Below the pieces are notes generated by a model. It was not told the origin of the DNA and did not search any database. It saw nothing but the letters and a program-made list of their open reading frames with translations. Made by a program: the position numbers and the translations under genes. A stretch of DNA of 63,715 bases, counting the filler, from Octopus bimaculoides (lineage: Eukaryota): assembly GCF_001194135.2 (NCBI RefSeq). It is 8 parts of 8 records of this genome, joined end to end, with 100 filler letters (N's around TTAATTAATTAA, not from the genome) between each part and the next. Parts side by side here need not be neighbours in the genome. Positions count along the whole stretch, not along the records: positions 1 to 7,685 come from NC_068992.1; positions 7,786 to 26,773 come from NC_069006.1; 6 more parts are not named here. One strand, 5' to 3'. Below are positions 1 through 11,787 of this stretch, piece after piece; position 1 is the stretch's first letter, and each line of letters opens with the position of its first letter.

Positions 1-273
1 ACCCTTAACGTAGTTCTCGGGGGAGATTCAGCGTGACACAGTGTGACAAAGCTGACCTTTTGAATTACAGGCGCAACAGAAACAGGAAGTAAGAGTGAGA
101 GAAAGTTGTGGTGAAAGAGTACAGCAGGGTTCGCTACCATCCCCTGCCGGAGCCTCGTGGAGCTTTAGGTGTTTTCGCTCAATAAACACTCACAACGCCC
201 GGTCTGGGAATCAAAACCGCGATCCTATGACCGCGAGTCCGCTGCCCTAACCACTGGGCCATTGTACCTCCAC
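1..273 (-). mobile_element. tRNA-derived SINE family C (5' part; head at right end)
   Basis: Near-identical to 24123-24388 and 58953-59334. The reverse complement of the right end is a tRNA-like head with A/B boxes. Confidence 0.8.
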
Positions 274-1550
274 TATCTCCAGCGTTAGAAGCTGTGCAAA
301 AGCAATGATAATAATAATAATAATGCTTTCTACAATAGGCGCAAGGCCTGAAATTTGGGCGGAGTGGGCTAGTCCATTACGGCAAACCCATCGTTTAACT
401 GGACCTTATTTCATTGGTCCCTAAAAAATGAAAGGTAAAGTCGACCTTGGTAACGTAAAGCCAAAAGAAATGCCGCTAAACATTTTGTCCGACGCGCTTA
501 GCGATAACGCATTCTTGGAGGTCAATAAGTACCAAATAGTAGTTGCAGTAATGCTTACTATTACAGGCGCAAATGTTGAAATTGGGGTGTGGAGCTGTTT
601 ATCCATTTCATCGACCCCAGTGTTTTCTTTCCGTGGTTTGTTGCAGTTGCGGAAGCGTTGGTGAGGCTGGTCGAGATAAGCGGTGGATGTGTTGACGAGT
701 GTGGTGTTGGAGGATTTGGTGTTGCTGTAGGTGTGTCTGTGGCTGCTGTAGGGTGTGCCTTCTATGTTTTTGGTGCGTGGTGGGGTACGTGTGTTGGTGT
801 GGGGCATGATGATTTATTGTCTTTGTGGGTGGGGGATCACCCTCATTTTCACTGCATAATGCAGAGGTATCTATGTCTGTAGAATCGGGGTGCGAGTCAA
901 TGTATGTATTTGAGTTTAGGAGACTGTGAGAGAGGGAGGAGAGAGAGGGAGTTTCGTTAGGAAGGACCCTAGGTGTTGTGTGTGTCCGCTGTACTTTGAA
1001 CTTGTTAACTGCTCTTCTCCCCTTCCATTTGAGAGTAGACTCTGAGGTATCTTACAATTCGCTATCAGAGCGATATTAATTATTTTACAAGATGAATGAT
1101 CCCGCCTTCTCTTGTCCATTTTTATAGCTTAATAAGAAACGGAAGGGCAACAGGGCAACGTGCGTCATGTTGTTCACTCTGACACTGATGAAAGCAGGTT
1201 AGAAAGCCTTGCTCAGATTGAAAACATGGCTTGAATGATTACAACACAATGGGCTCGTCTAAAGTCCCCACACTACACTGACTAAAGATAGTATCAAACA
1301 GGTGACGGATTGATTCAACTAGGCATCAACAGAAACAGTCCATCCAACACGCTTCCACACAGTTTCCGTCTATAACAAATTTCCCTCACAAGACTTTAGT
1401 CAACTCGAAGTTTGGGGGTGGGAAGGCATTTTACTGAAAGTGGGATAAAACAGAATTATCCGAGAATGTTTAATCACGAACATGAGACGTTTTGGCGCTC
1501 CCTTTTTGGCCTCGCTGAATTATGTGACATCTAGCGTTTTAATATTACTT

Positions 1551-1643
<93 letters not shown>

Positions 1644-2260
1644 GTATATATGTACGTATGTATGTATGTATGTATGTATGTATGTACGTATGTATGTATG
1701 CGTGTGCGTGTGTGTATGTGCCTCTGTGTGTGTGTGTTTGGGCGTGAGAAAGAGAGACCACGTTTTTGTTTATGTGTAAGAGGAAAATGTTTATGCCAAT
1801 CGTAGTCTCCGAATTTCTCGCTCTCTCCCGCTCTCTCCCGCTCTCTCCCGCTCTCTCTCTCTCCCTCTCTCTCCCACTCTATCTGTGTGCATATATTTCT
1901 ACGCTCACGCATGTACGTGTGTGTGTGCTAGCCTCCAGTGCCAAAACGTACTGTCGCCAAAACAAGTTAAAGATCCAATCAGCTGTACCAAATTGCCAGA
2001 GTTGAAACATTTGTGACCAATTATTTTATTCCGTGTAATCGCAAAGCGGACGTCTTTACTACGCAACAATACCTCCTCCGCTCATATTAAGCCGCCTGCA
2101 TATGACGTAACGAAAATATACTTTAATGGTTAAGAAACGCTAAGTGTTTAGATGTTATTTTAGTAAAGACAGCAGCAATTTCAGTAAAGTGTTTGTGGAA
2201 AACATGGAGATAATCCAGTTACAAAGTTAATGAACATCGTTGTGGACAATAATTCCAGCG

Positions 2261-2417
2261 CAGGCGTGGATGTGTCGTAAGAAGCTTGCATTTCAACCAC
2301 ATGGTCCCGGGTTCAGTCTCACTGCGTAGCACCTTGGGAAAGTGTTTTCTATTATAGCCTCGGGCCGACCAAAGCCTTGTGAGTGGATTTGGGAGACGGA
2401 AACTGAAAGAAACCCAT

Positions 2418-2462
<45 letters not shown>

Positions 2463-2704
2463 ATCTTTGTGTGCGTATCTTTATGTCTGTGTTTGTCCCC
2501 TCCCCCATCACCACCGCCACCGCTCGAAAACTGGTGTTTGTGTGTTTACGTCCGCGTAACTTAACAGTTCTGTAAAAGTGACCGATATAATGAGTACCAA
2601 GCTTTTAAAAAAATAACTTCTGGGATCGATTTGTTCGACTAAAACCCTTCGAAGCAGTGCCCCAGCATGGCTGCAGTCAAAACTGGCTGGAACAAGTAAA
2701 AGAT
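2261..2704 (+). mobile_element. Bipartite SINE family A (tRNA-like head, internal (TA)n(TG)n, conserved 3' module)
   Basis: Recurs at 10040-10600, 32237-32430, 34417-34826, 43769-43895, 44150-44290, 46025-46405, 47340-47570, 48003-48915, 52142-52432, 53277-53425, 54820-55290, 59593-59746, 60403-60570, 61380-61560 and 62905-63105. Confidence 0.8.
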
Positions 2705-2984
2705 ATATTTTAGAGAATTAACCCATGTGAATCTCTAGAAAAGGAATATTCGTGTTTTTCACTAAGTCATAGTGAAGTTATTATGTTCTGTCTCTTACAC
2801 CACGCAGGTCTATCCATGACTGAAGATTCAGAACCAGCAGAGACAATTAGCAAAACGGGTTAAGAAGAACATATCAAATTCAAATATTTTAAGGTAATGA
2901 AAATTGAATCACTATTTGAGTACAAGGAAACAAAGAAAATTTTTTTTTAAAAAGTGGGGTTGCGCAACAGAACAAATGACTTAT

Positions 2985-3191
2985 TCAGCTGCACCCTACG
3001 GGCGTGACTCCGATGGTGTTGCTGCGAAGAATGATCAACGATACTTGCCGCAGCAGCAACACCACCTCGCAGAACTCTTTTCTCAGACGTTCCACAATTA
3101 TCCGTATTTTGCGAAGGAAATCGGTAGGCCGGGATCCGAGAACACTTGTGGTCTCAACGACAACCGGTACAAATTGATAGCAGCCAGCCAA
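2985..3191 (-). mobile_element. Degenerate C-terminus of a CRE-like (restriction-like endonuclease) non-LTR retrotransposon
   Basis: YQFVPVVVETTSVLGSRPTDFL...VSLIILRSNTIGV resembles the YxFxPxAxETxGxxG...RxSxxxxRGNA terminus of CRE-clade ORFs. Confidence 0.55.
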
Positions 3192-3992
3192 GGCTCCAAT
3201 ATATATTTATTTTCCTCTCCTCTGTATGGTCCCGGGAACAGGGGGTGCAGGTGGTGAAAGTGCACCCCCTAGAATTTTTGCGGAGTGCAGAACCAAAATT
3301 TGCAGCCCTATTTATTTTTCTCATGTTTACAAAACAGTGAATAAAAAAGTGATGTGTAAAAATTAGCTTGAAGTTAGGTTCCTTCTCAAAGAACAAATCA
3401 CAAAGATAAATAACAGAAAAAAAAAGACCTTGTTTGTAAAATATTTTGGACCTGGGTCTGCACCCACTAAGAAAATTTCGTTCCTGAGCCACTGCTCCTC
3501 TGCATTACAGACGACGATACCCGGGTCTGCGGCCGATGCAGGAAGGCTGGAGTCAGAGAGCGTGTCGCTGTACGTCGCGTCCCAGGTTACACGAGATATA
3601 CAAACCGACTCTTGATTAGTAATCACAAGACAAGTGGATAGATTAGGTGATAGAATAACCACTTCTGTGACAGCTAATATTCACTGATGAGTGCGTAATA
3701 AAACTATCTATTTCTCTGAGAACCAGCATCCAGTATAGGTTGAGTAACAGAACAATCGATAAAGACCCTTCGGAATGAAATTGTTGCGTCACATGTCATT
3801 TCATGTTGAACTTCAATAACTATTAAAAACCTTTCTATTACTATTGGTCAGTGTGAATTTACTGCACTTCTCATCGTAAAACAGTCAACTGAGTCACCAA
3901 GTTTAATCAATACACAACATCTAATGGTCTTGTGTAAACGAACTTAGCAAGCTTACAAAGAAATTGGCTAATTTCACGCACGCACACGCACG

Positions 3993-4024
<32 letters not shown>

Positions 4025-4139
4025 TGCACATATGCACACACCGCCTAGCCTCATCAGATAAGGTTGATAAATGGATGTTGGCACTTGCTTTTAATTACTG
4101 ATTCATATTGGCATCATATTCATCATCGTTATCATCAAT

Positions 4140-4453
4140 ATTATTATTATTATTGTTCAGTAGTTTTATTTTTATAACGTGCTTTCACTTCACTACCGAG
4201 CGCAGCTCTGTGCGCCTTGGGTATGTGCTGTGGTTTGCTGTGGTGCTCTTATGTTTACTGTATTGAAAGTACTTTGCGTAGAATGTGTGCAGTACCCAGT
4301 AGTGCAATTTTCTGTATGTTATATATATTTGTAAGTCCTGGTATTTTTGTTATGTATTTGTCTGAATATTTTTTTATTATACCTAAGGCACCTACTATGA
4401 TAGGAATTGTTTCTGTTTTTAGATTCCACATTCGAGTTATCTCTATTTCCAGG
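4140..4453 (-). mobile_element. R4/Dong-like LINE 3' end with (TAA)n tail
   Basis: LEIEITRMWNLKTETIPIIVGALG...ALLGTAHILRKVLSIQ*, then 3' UTR and TAA repeats. Confidence 0.75.
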
Positions 4454-5006
4454 NNNNNNNNNNNNNNNNNNNNNNNNNNNNNNNNNNNNNNNNNNNNNNN
4501 NNNNNNNNNNNNNNNNNNNNNNNNNNNNNNNNNNNNNNNNNNNNNNNNNNNNNNNNNNNNNNNNNNNNNNNNNNNNNNNNNNNNNNNNNNNNNNNNNNNN
4601 NNNNNNNNNNNNNNNNNNNNNNNNNNNNNNNNNNNNNNNNNNNNNNNNNNNNNNNNNNNNNNNNNNNNNNNNNNNNNNNNNNNNNNNNNNNNNNNNNNNN
4701 NNNNNNNNNNNNNNNNNNNNNNNNNNNNNNNNNNNNNNNNNNNNNNNNNNNNNNNNNNNNNNNNNNNNNNNNNNNNNNNNNNNNNNNNNNNNNNNNNNNN
4801 NNNNNNNNNNNNNNNNNNNNNNNNNNNNNNNNNNNNNNNNNNNNNNNNNNNNNNNNNNNNNNNNNNNNNNNNNNNNNNNNNNNNNNNNNNNNNNNNNNNN
4901 NNNNNNNNNNNNNNNNNNNNNNNNNNNNNNNNNNNNNNNNNNNNNNNNNNNNNNNNNNNNNNNNNNNNNNNNNNNNNNNNNNNNNNNNNNNNNNNNNNNN
5001 NNNNNN

Positions 5007-5232
5007 TTATTATTATTATCATTCAGTATTTTTATTTTTATAGCATGCTTTCACTTCACTACCGAGTGCAGCTCTGTGTGCCTTGGGTATGTGCTGTGGT
5101 TTGCTGTGATGCTTTTATGGTTACTGTATTAAAAGTGTTTTGCGTAGGATGTGTGCAGTGCCCAGTAGTGCAATTTTTCTGTATGTTATATGTATTTGTA
5201 AGTCCTGGTGTTTTTGTTATGTATTTATCTAT
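5007..5232 (-). mobile_element. Second R4/Dong-like 3' fragment bounded by (TAA)n on both sides
   Basis: Near-copy of 4160-4360 (DKYITKTPGLTNTYNIQK...). Confidence 0.72.
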
Positions 5233-5240
5233 TATTATTA

Positions 5241-5289
<49 letters not shown>

Positions 5290-5329
5290 GTTGTTGTTGT
5301 TGTTATTGAAGGCGTCGCACTCCAATATT

Positions 5330-5800
5330 GTCATGCTGTAGATTGAAGCTACTGTGTGTACCGGTGATTGTACTGTCTGTCAAGTCACAACAAGCACCTC
5401 AGACAGACAGTACTCTACGCAATACGCATGCAGTTCCAAGTGACGCCGATTTTTGCAACATACCAAGGCTATAGGCTGTTTCTAAAGTTTCTAAATGTTT
5501 CCTCGGGTTGGGTGGTGTTAAACCCAATGCTCCGATGACAACAGGAACAACCTTTATGCTTGACTCACGCAGCTGCCACGATCTTGGTGATCTCAAATTC
5601 CGGGTCACCATATTTGTCGACCTTTTCTCTTTCTCTCATGACAATATGTTTACCTCCGAGCACTGCCACGTTAATTATTAAGCACTCTTGCTTGTTCCGC
5701 TTAAAGGCTACTATATCTGACCTTCGGTGCTCTAACATCTTGTCTATCTGGAAGTCAAGCTTCCAGACGATCTTTGCCTTCCAGTTTTTGTCCATTACCT
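5330..5800 (-). mobile_element. Older R4/Dong-like fragment with RLE-domain remnant
   Basis: HRRSDIV...CLIINVAV...EREKVDKY followed by VVPVVIGALG...SASLGTACVLRRVL (PD-(D/E)xK-type motif, frameshifted). Confidence 0.65.
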
Positions 5801-5858
5801 TTTCTGGTGTATATTAGTACCAAGCACCCGTTACCTTGTATCCATACTTCCGGCACAA

Positions 5859-5937
<79 letters not shown>

Positions 5938-7371
5938 GGTGGTGGTGGTAGTTGCTATGATTATTATCATCATCATCATCATTCGCCTTCCTGCCAAGCT
6001 TTTCTGTCTGCTTTGCATGGTTTCTACGGCTGGATACCCTTCTGACGGCAACTACTTTACAGAGTGTAAAGGGTGCGTTTTACGTGACACCATCAGCGGT
6101 GAGGTCACCAAGTAACTTGCTACAAGACAAGACCCCCTTCAACTGAGGCGAGGAGTAGTATTAAAGGAGGTGTCTTTTTACCAGGTGATGAGCAGTTAGA
6201 GTATGAATAACAGGACAGAAACGGGTTTTTTGCAGCAGTGGGAATACATGGCTACCTCAGTTGAGGAGAGAGAGAAGGGGTGGAGAGAAAAAGTGTAGAT
6301 ACAGAGAGGAGACAGAGTGGAGAGGGGAGAGATAGAGGGCGAGGGGGAGAGAGGGGGAAAGAGGGGGAGAGAGAGGGAGAGAGAGGGAGAGAGAGGGAGA
6401 GAGAGAAAATGTAATATGTGATGGGGTGTACACCCAAGTTACAAAGCAATGTATATTGTGAAGTGAACCAGAGATTGGATAGGGTATGTAGGTGGATAAA
6501 TTCAAGACAACTGGAAAGCCGAATCGTTGGCACGTCTAACAAAATGAGTAGCGGTATTTCGTCAGTCTGGACGTCCTGAGTTCAAATTCCGCCGAGGTCT
6601 ACTTTGGCTTTCATCCTTTTGAGGGTCGATAAAATAAGTAACAGTTGAGTACTAAGATCTATATAATCGATACGCCCCCTCCCCCGATATTACTGGATTT
6701 GGGCCAAAATTATTATTATTACTATTATTAATATTATTATTATTATTATCATCATCATCATCATTATTATTATTAATGTTGTCGTGTGTTTGCAGATAAA
6801 AGTCGTTGTGTTGGAGCTTGTATGTTGTTATTGAAGTTTGTTATTTTCTGGGGAAATTTTGAAACTTTTTAATAGTGAAGTTACATATTTACAAAGAACA
6901 ATATGGCTCCGAAAGACCGGTGGGAGGGGAAGTTAGCTGTTCCAACAGACAATACAATTCTAATTTCCCACTGCTACCTGTTAACAGAGAATGTATGAGC
7001 AACAACACCGACGGAAGACTTTTGAGAGCAATTCTCTCGCTGCCACCACTGCCACCATCAGTACGAACCGAAACAACAACAACAACAATAAACGGGGAAA
7101 ACAGCAGAAAAACCAAATTATTAATTCAATACATCTGAGAATTCCACATCTGCCGCCACCACTACCATCAATATCAGCGTAAAAAAAAATAAAGAGATAA
7201 CGAATAGCAAATTTTGCTTTGGCGGGTTCGCTGGCACCGTGTTCCAGGTAGAAGTGGTGCAACTGTCGACTCAAGATTTTAAAAATGCATAAAACATTCA
7301 TTCAAAGTCTGAACGAAAAGTAGAATTAAATATACCACAATCTAAAAGATAACAAACGAGCCTGATAACTA

Positions 7372-7685
7372 TCTATATATATAAAAATGAGAATGTGTGT
7401 CTGTCTGTCTGTCTGTCTGTGTGAATCCCTAAAACTCGAGAACTACGCAACTAATTTCATTCAAACTTTACAGATGCCTTACTTAGGGTTCCAGTTGTGT
7501 TTTAGTCAAACAAAATTTAACTTCTTCCAGAGTTCGAGCCCACAGCAACATAATATCTCCTCCACTATTTAAGTATTACGTGTCAAAAGTGAAACAAAAA
7601 CACTCATGTCAAATACTTTCACTTTAAAAATGAAACTATTCCACTAACTGAAACAATCACATTTCGATACTGTAGTGACAGATAC
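7372..7685 (+). mobile_element. Non-autonomous Helitron-like element 5' end (truncated at join)
   Basis: A|TCTATATATATAAAAATGAG start followed by (GTCT)n, typical of Helitron/HINE termini. 3' end not visible. Confidence 0.45.
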
Positions 7686-7785
7686 NNNNNNNNNNNNNNN
7701 NNNNNNNNNNNNNNNNNNNNNNNNNNNNNTTAATTAATTAANNNNNNNNNNNNNNNNNNNNNNNNNNNNNNNNNNNNNNNNNNNN
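7686..7785. other. Synthetic scaffold join: 44 N + TTAATTAATTAA + 44 N
   Basis: Identical 100-bp construct at 7686, 26774, 30097, 32431, 43669, 52042 and 62344. The 12-mer has stops in all six frames. Confidence 0.92.
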
Positions 7786-8105
7786 GGGGGGGGGAGAAAA
7801 AGATATTTTATATGACACACTCTACCAGTATCCCAACTTTGAAAGTGTTTCGTTAAGAAAACAAGTGGTGCCCGTCAATTTAGAAAGATCAGTAGTGTGA
7901 GATGAGCAAACACATACATACTTTCACACACACACACACACACACTCACACACACACACACACACATACACACACACACATACAAACGTACACACATACG
8001 CGCACACACATGCACATGCAATACATATGTCTGCATACGTATGTATTAATCAATACATGTAACTCTTAAGTGTGGAGTATCTTTTTCTTTCACTTGTCCA
8101 CACAC

Positions 8106-8152
<47 letters not shown>

Positions 8153-8824
8153 CGCGTGCGTGCGTACATACATACATACATACATATATTACCGCCTTAT
8201 CTTCGAAACGTCGAGTTAGAATAGAGGCAGCTGACGAAGGATTAATTCCAAGTGGCCATCTGTTTTCCTATGTGTTCGTTCCGTGGTCTGTAGTTCATTG
8301 TTCTAACGTCCTGTACCCTGATATGCATCTATATACACATGTAGATGTAAGTATGGACATATATGTGTATATAAATGCATATATATTCTTTGTATTTTAT
8401 ATATATATATATATATATNNNNNNNNNNNNNNNNNNNNNNNNNNNNNNNNNNNNNNNNNNNNNNNNNNNNNNNNNNNNNNNNNNNNNNNNNNNNNNNNNN
8501 NNNNNNNNNNNNNNNNNNNNNNNNNNNNNNNNNNNNNNNNNNNNNNNNNNNNNNNNNNNNNNNNNNNNNNNNNNNNNNNNNNNNNNNNNNNNNNNNNNNN
8601 NNNNNNNNNNNNNNNNNNNNNNNNNNNNNNNNNNNNNNNNNNNNNNNNNNNNNNNNNNNNNNNNNNNNNNNNNNNNNNNNNNNNNNNNNNNNNNNNNNNN
8701 NNNNNNNNNNNNNNNNNNNNNNNNNNNNNNNNNNNNNNNNNNNNNNNNNNNNNNNNNNNNGTAGTTGCAACAGCTGGTGGTGGTGGTGGTGAGTGTTTTT
8801 CTTATTGTTGCTGTCGATGGTGAT

Positions 8825-8836
8825 TATATTGAGTGT

Positions 8837-8867
<31 letters not shown>

Positions 8868-9210
8868 GATGATGATGAAGATGATGATGATGATGATTAT
8901 GATGATGATGATTATGATGATGATGATGAAGATGAGGAGGAGGAGGAGGAGGATGACAACAACGACGACAATGATGATGCCAATGGTTGTTTTTGTTGTT
9001 GTTGATGACGACGACGACGACGACGACGACGATGATGATTATGATGATGATGATGATGATGAAGAAAACGACGACGAAAACGATAACAACGACGATTGTG
9101 ATGGTAATTGTTTTTGTTCTTGTTGCTGCTGCTGATGATGAAGACGATGATGATATTTTCAATGGTGACAGTAGTTTTTTTTATTATTATTGTCATTGTT
9201 GATGAAGTGG
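8825..9210. repeat. Compound (GAT/GAC/GAG)n trinucleotide microsatellite field
   Basis: Seen directly. Similar fields at 5858-5982, 26874-27235, 28455-28860, 31780-31900 and 53810-53935, and dinucleotide fields at 1555-1740, 26490-26773 and 30197-31305. Confidence 0.95.
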
Positions 9211-10082
9211 ATGATAAGCAGACCTATTTATTTATGATCAATAGTATACCAGACATAACGTTCTTATCATTTTGTCCCACTCTTCTAATATTACTCCATT
9301 CAATGCTGTGACAGATAACGTTTGATTTAAAGCCAGTCACCAAAAAGCCTGATTCTTGTTGTAGTTTGGAGGCTTGTGTGCCTCAATGGCTCTAAGAGCT
9401 ATTCCAGCGGAGAGCAAGCTCCTCATAGAGTCTTCGATGTCCGTCGTCAGCCCCGTCGCATGACCTTTAGAGGCTCCTGCAACTTTTTGTTTCGAGACCC
9501 CCATCCCTTCAATCAAAATTCGTAATCTATGTAAGGTTTAATCAAATTTTGAAAATGATAAACAAAAGTTGTTGAGGAAAAATAGAAATACAAAAGAAAA
9601 CAACAACAAAAAACAAACTCACAAATGACTGGGATTCAAATAGTTTTCGTGTTAATTCAAATAACAGGGAAAGAACCGAAGAAACTTTATTATTCATGTA
9701 CACACACACACACACACATAGATAGATAGATAGATAGATAGGTATCTGAAGAAGCTAAATCAGATTAGTTAAACAAAAGTTCTCATCAACCGACAACATT
9801 CCAGCGACTGAATCCGGTTAGCCATATTGTTAGTTTCTTATCTGACTAGTTTGCCGAATGTTTAAATAAATACCTACACTTCAGTTAATTCTTTCAGATG
9901 CTATTATAAATACTAAATGTAAGTATTTTATTGCAAGGTCAAGACATTTCAATAGGTAATGAGATTCAGAGGAATACAATCTATTTATCAGTTTCATAGT
10001 CATTAAACTATTCAGCTATTCAAAACGTACCTTTGTAGTAAGACATTTGCTCCTCATCAACATGATTCCGGGTTCAGTTGTA

Positions 10083-10282
10083 CAGGGTGCGGCATAAATA
10101 CCTCCCACATTTGAAAGGAAAAAGAAACAACATTTATGAAAAATTAATTTTACTGTTGTTTAAACAAAGGGTTACAGTTTTTGTTCATTAGCTAAATGAA
10201 AACATCATTGGCACTTGCATATGATCGTTAGCAACACATAGGTGAAAGTTTAAAATGTGGGAGGTATTTCTGCCGCACCCTG
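10083..10282 (+). mobile_element. Tc1/mariner-type MITE, 200 bp, nested in a family-A SINE
   Basis: 30-bp TIRs (CAGGGTGCGGCATAAATACCTCCCACATTT, 1 mismatch) with TA duplication at 10081-82 and 10283-84. Confidence 0.88.
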
Positions 10283-11563
10283 TACCTTGATGAAGTGCCT
10301 TCTTCTATAGCTCGCCGGGGCCGACCAAGGTCTTGTGAGTGGATTTGAGAAATGGAAACTGAAAGAAACCCCATCGTAGATATTCTTTTAGTCTTTTTCT
10401 TGCTTCAGTCATTTGACTGCAGCCATGCTGGAGCAGCGCCTTAAAGGGGTTTTAGTCGAAGAAATCGACCTCAGGACTTATACTTTGTTAGCGTAGTGCT
10501 TATCCTATCTCTTTTGTCTGTTTTGCCGAACCGCTGGGTTACGGGGACATAAACACACCTGCCTTGGTTGTCAAGTAATGGCAGGGGGACAAACACACAA
10601 ATATATATATACATATATATATATATATANNNNNNNNNNNNNNNNNNNNNNNNNNNNNNNNNNNNNNNNNNNNNNNNNNNNNNNNNNNNNNNNNNNNNNN
10701 NNNNNNNNNNNNNNNNNNNNNNNNNNNNNNNNNNNNNNNNNNNNNNNNNNNNNNNNNNNNNNNNNNNNNNNNNNNNNNNNNNNNNNNNNNNNNNNNNNNN
10801 NNNNNNNNNNNNNNNNNNNNNNNNNNNNNNNNNNNNNNNNNNNNNNNNNNNNNNNNNNNNNNNNNNNNNNNNNNNNNNNNNNNNNNNNNNNNNNNNNNNN
10901 NNNNNNNNNNNNNNNNNNNNNNNNNNNNNNNNNNNNNNNNNNNNNNNNNNNNNNNNNNNNNNNNNNNNNNNNNNNNNNNNNNNNNNNNNNNNNNNNNNNN
11001 NNNNNNNNNNNNNNNNNNNNNNNNNNNNNNNNNNNNNNNNNNNNNNNNNNTATATATATATATATTCAGTTTTAATTTATTTTGTTAAGTGTCCATGTAT
11101 GAAACTCTGGTCCCACGAGTCATTTTTATAACTTTCTACTTACTAAGAAATAATGAAGTATTAATTCTTTGTTTCTTTTTCTTTCTTTTTTGGGAACTGT
11201 TAATCTCGAAGTACATAAAGCTGTAGATAATACACTTTTGAATAAAAAAAAATCGAAGGCTACCTGTGGGATTTGATCCCACACCTCCGGTAGACACAAC
11301 AGGCGACCAATCATTGGACGTCAGCAATGATATATTAATTTCACATCTTGTCCTTTTGTTCTCTATCTCTATAAACCACATATAATAACACTGAAGCAAT
11401 CCATAACCACGATAACAAACATGTTGCTTGAGTACGCCAACAAATTGTATTATTTGCTATTCAAACCTGAAAGAGAATCTTCTTTCAATTAAGTTACCAA
11501 ATAATATTAATGTACTTCGCATCTTCCATACCTAACAGTGTTAACCGTGTTTTGTTCATGACA

Positions 11564-11587
11564 TGACGTCAATACTGAGCAACCAAT
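11564..11587 (+). promoter_or_regulatory. Putative XBP1 proximal promoter: palindromic CRE (TGACGTCA, 11564-11571) and CCAAT box (11583-11587)
   Basis: Motifs about 200-225 bp upstream of the XBP1 ATG in unique non-repeat sequence. Function and TSS are inferred. Confidence 0.5.
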
Positions 11588-11787
11588 CAAATCGTTTTGT
11601 TCACCACTGTTTCCCCCACTTCTTGTTTACGTTATTTCTGTTCGTTCTCAGTTTACTCCAAGAAGCAGAACAAGTAACATCAGATCAACATCATACTGGA
11701 CTGGAAAGAGTGTTTAAAGATTATTATACATGCTAGTTGATTTATTTAAATAAATCATCTTTTACTGGTTGTCTTATATCAACAAAG

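Noticed and set aside
3683-3790. CTGATGA motifs at about 3683 and 1184 as hammerheads
   Set aside because: No properly placed GAAA, stem II or NUH could be formed.
7730-7741. Recurrent perfect TTAATTAATTAA as a regulatory or homeodomain site or CRISPR-like repeat
   Set aside because: Always centred in exactly 44+44 N, so it is an assembly linker.
11583-11606. ERSE (CCAAT-N9-CCACG) in the XBP1 promoter
   Set aside because: The nearest CCAC is too far away and reads CCACT; spacing and sequence do not fit.
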